The notes beneath the pieces were generated by a model that saw nothing but the letters and a program-made list of their open reading frames with translations, made no database searches and had not been told where the DNA came from. 64,000 bases of DNA. Source: an uncultured Chloroflexia bacterium. GTDB taxonomy: Bacteria; Chloroflexota; Anaerolineae; CG2-30-64-16. This document shows positions 62,614 to 64,000 of this stretch, one piece after another (the stretch's first letter is position 1; each line of letters starts with the position of its first letter). Both the position numbers and the translations under genes were made by a program. The DNA is taken from contig CAVZDU010000002.1 in assembly GCA_963774265.1 (NCBI GenBank), positions 384,001 through 448,000 on the forward strand. Reading direction: 5' to 3'.

Positions 62614-63996
62614 ATGAAGAGACTCCTGCCGTGGCTGTTGATGGTCGCCGTGTTGGCGATTGGCCCCCTGCTGGCATCGTGTGCATCACCGCAGTCCGCC
62701 GCCACACCCACGCCAACCAAGACGCCGCGTCCGGACGCCACAGCGGTTGAAACGCCAGCGGGTGTGGACACTGTGTCTGCCCAGCCCAGTCCGACCGTGA
62801 CCTCAGCAGCGGCTGCGGAGACCCCGGCTGCAAGCGGAGCTCCTACCGAGACAGTGGCGGCAGACACTCCCAGCCCTGCGCCGCAGCCTTCAGCAACACC
62901 TGCAGCGGTAAAGCCGGGCGAGCTGATGTCCTCACCTGACTTCGGCGTCCAGGGATTCTTGTGGTGGCGGCCGGAAGTCGCTGACCGGGATTTGGGGCTG
63001 ATCAAGGATGCGGGTTTTCACTGGGTGAAGCAGCTCTTCTCATGGCAGGACATCGAGGGCGCGGGCAAAGGACAGTACGACTGGACTTACACAGATCGCC
63101 TTGTCGGGCAGGTCGAGAAGTACGGTCTGAAGCTGATCGTGCGCGTAAGCCAGGATCCGGACCGGCCCTTCTGGGCCGGCAATCCGCCGGAAAATGCTGA
63201 CGCTTTCGCCGACTTCCTCACCGCTGTTGCGACCCGGTACAAGGGCCGCGTCCATGCCTACCAGGTGTGGAACGAGCCGAACCTGGCTCGTGAGTGGGGC
63301 CAGAAGCGACCCGATCCGGCCGGCTACGCACGGATGCTGAAGGCGGCCTACGGCGCGCTAAAAAGCGCCGATCCGAACGCGCTCGTCGTGACCGCAGGCA
63401 TGGCGCCCACGGGCACCGACAGCAACGAAGCCATGCCCGATATCAAGTTTTACGAGCAGCTTTACGCGGCGATGAAAGGCGACTCGGACAGCTACTTCGA
63501 CATGCTGGGCGCCCATGCGGCGGGCTTCGCCGCTCCGCCCGAAACCAGCCCAGACGAGGCTGCCGCCAAGAAAATCCCCTATGGGGGAGAACGATTCTTC
63601 GCATTCCGGCACCTGGAAGAGGTGCGCGCGATCATGGAGCGCAACGGCGACCAGGACAAACGAGTCGTGGTTCTGGAATTCGGCTGGACGACGGACGACC
63701 GCCAGAACTCACCGTACTACTGGCACGGCGCAGGTGCAGGGATCGATGAGACGCTCAAAGGCAAATACCTGGTTCGTGCGTTCGAGTGGGCGCAAGAAAA
63801 CTGGCGGCCCTGGATTGCACTGATGACGGTGATCTATATGCCCGACGTGAGCTGGACCAAGGACACCGAGCAATATTACTGGTCGATTATCGGTCCGGGC
63901 TATCCCGATCTGTTTCTGCGCCCGGCGTATGTGATCGTGTGCGCGTATCTGAACGGCCTGAACGGCGAGAAGTGCAAGTACGATCCGGGTTCCTGA
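62614..63996 (+). CDS. Lipoprotein with P/T/A linker and clan GH-A glycoside hydrolase domain
   Basis: Lipobox LASC; QVWNEPNL..EW and VLEFGW; alternative start at 62593. Confidence 0.85.
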   Translation: MKRLLPWLLMVAVLAIGPLLASCASPQSAATPTPTKTPRPDATAVETPAGVDTVSAQPSPTVTSAAAAETPAASGAPTETVAADTPSPAPQPSATPAAVKPGELMSSPDFGVQGFLWWRPEVADRDLGLIKDAGFHWVKQLFSWQDIEGAGKGQYDWTYTDRLVGQVEKYGLKLIVRVSQDPDRPFWAGNPPENADAFADFLTAVATRYKGRVHAYQVWNEPNLAREWGQKRPDPAGYARMLKAAYGALKSADPNALVVTAGMAPTGTDSNEAMPDIKFYEQLYAAMKGDSDSYFDMLGAHAAGFAAPPETSPDEAAAKKIPYGGERFFAFRHLEEVRAIMERNGDQDKRVVVLEFGWTTDDRQNSPYYWHGAGAGIDETLKGKYLVRAFEWAQENWRPWIALMTVIYMPDVSWTKDTEQYYWSIIGPGYPDLFLRPAYVIVCAYLNGLNGEKCKYDPGS

Positions 63997-64000
63997 TCTT

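Overview
GC-rich bacterial chromosomal window. The gene types (P/T-rich lipoproteins, NBR1-Ig-like and SH3b-glycoside hydrolase proteins, a small SWIM protein) suggest Chloroflexota (Anaerolineae/Caldilineae-like); this taxonomy is an inference. From left to right: (1) a molybdenum-hydroxylase (xanthine dehydrogenase/Cox family) cluster with CoxG and an NCS2 nucleobase permease; (2) two tandem paralogous lipoproteins built from one unrecognised repeated domain, then a PPi-type phosphofructokinase; (3) an ~18 kb + strand block headed by a 7TM histidine kinase and NarL-type regulator, encoding mostly exported proteins (SBP/NBR1-Ig/chagasin fusion, Tat arylsulfatase and anaerobic maturase, S9 dipeptidyl peptidase, Tat MBL hydrolase, PepD-HAD fusion, K+ channel, DUF333 lipoprotein); (4) SPFH, MocA-like nucleotidyltransferase, a catalytically degenerate ProRS paralogue, XdhC, a CoA-transferase remnant, a heterodimeric ABC exporter and TldD/TldE; (5) PBP1C and alpha-2-macroglobulin; (6) on the - strand, acpS, an M16 peptidase pair, ugd, an LPG-synthase-type membrane protein and a SWIM protein preceded by a promoter/uORF/terminator leader; (7) three tandem clan GH-A glycoside hydrolases. 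Several genes carry 1-2 nt indels that look like long-read assembly errors. No rRNA, tRNA, CRISPR array or transposase was recognised. The strongest candidates for new biology are the pseudo-ProRS inside the Moco-maturation operon, the attenuator-like leader of the SWIM gene, and the reused signal-peptide cassette and domain fusions in the secreted-hydrolase block. All family calls come from motif recognition by eye; no searches were run.
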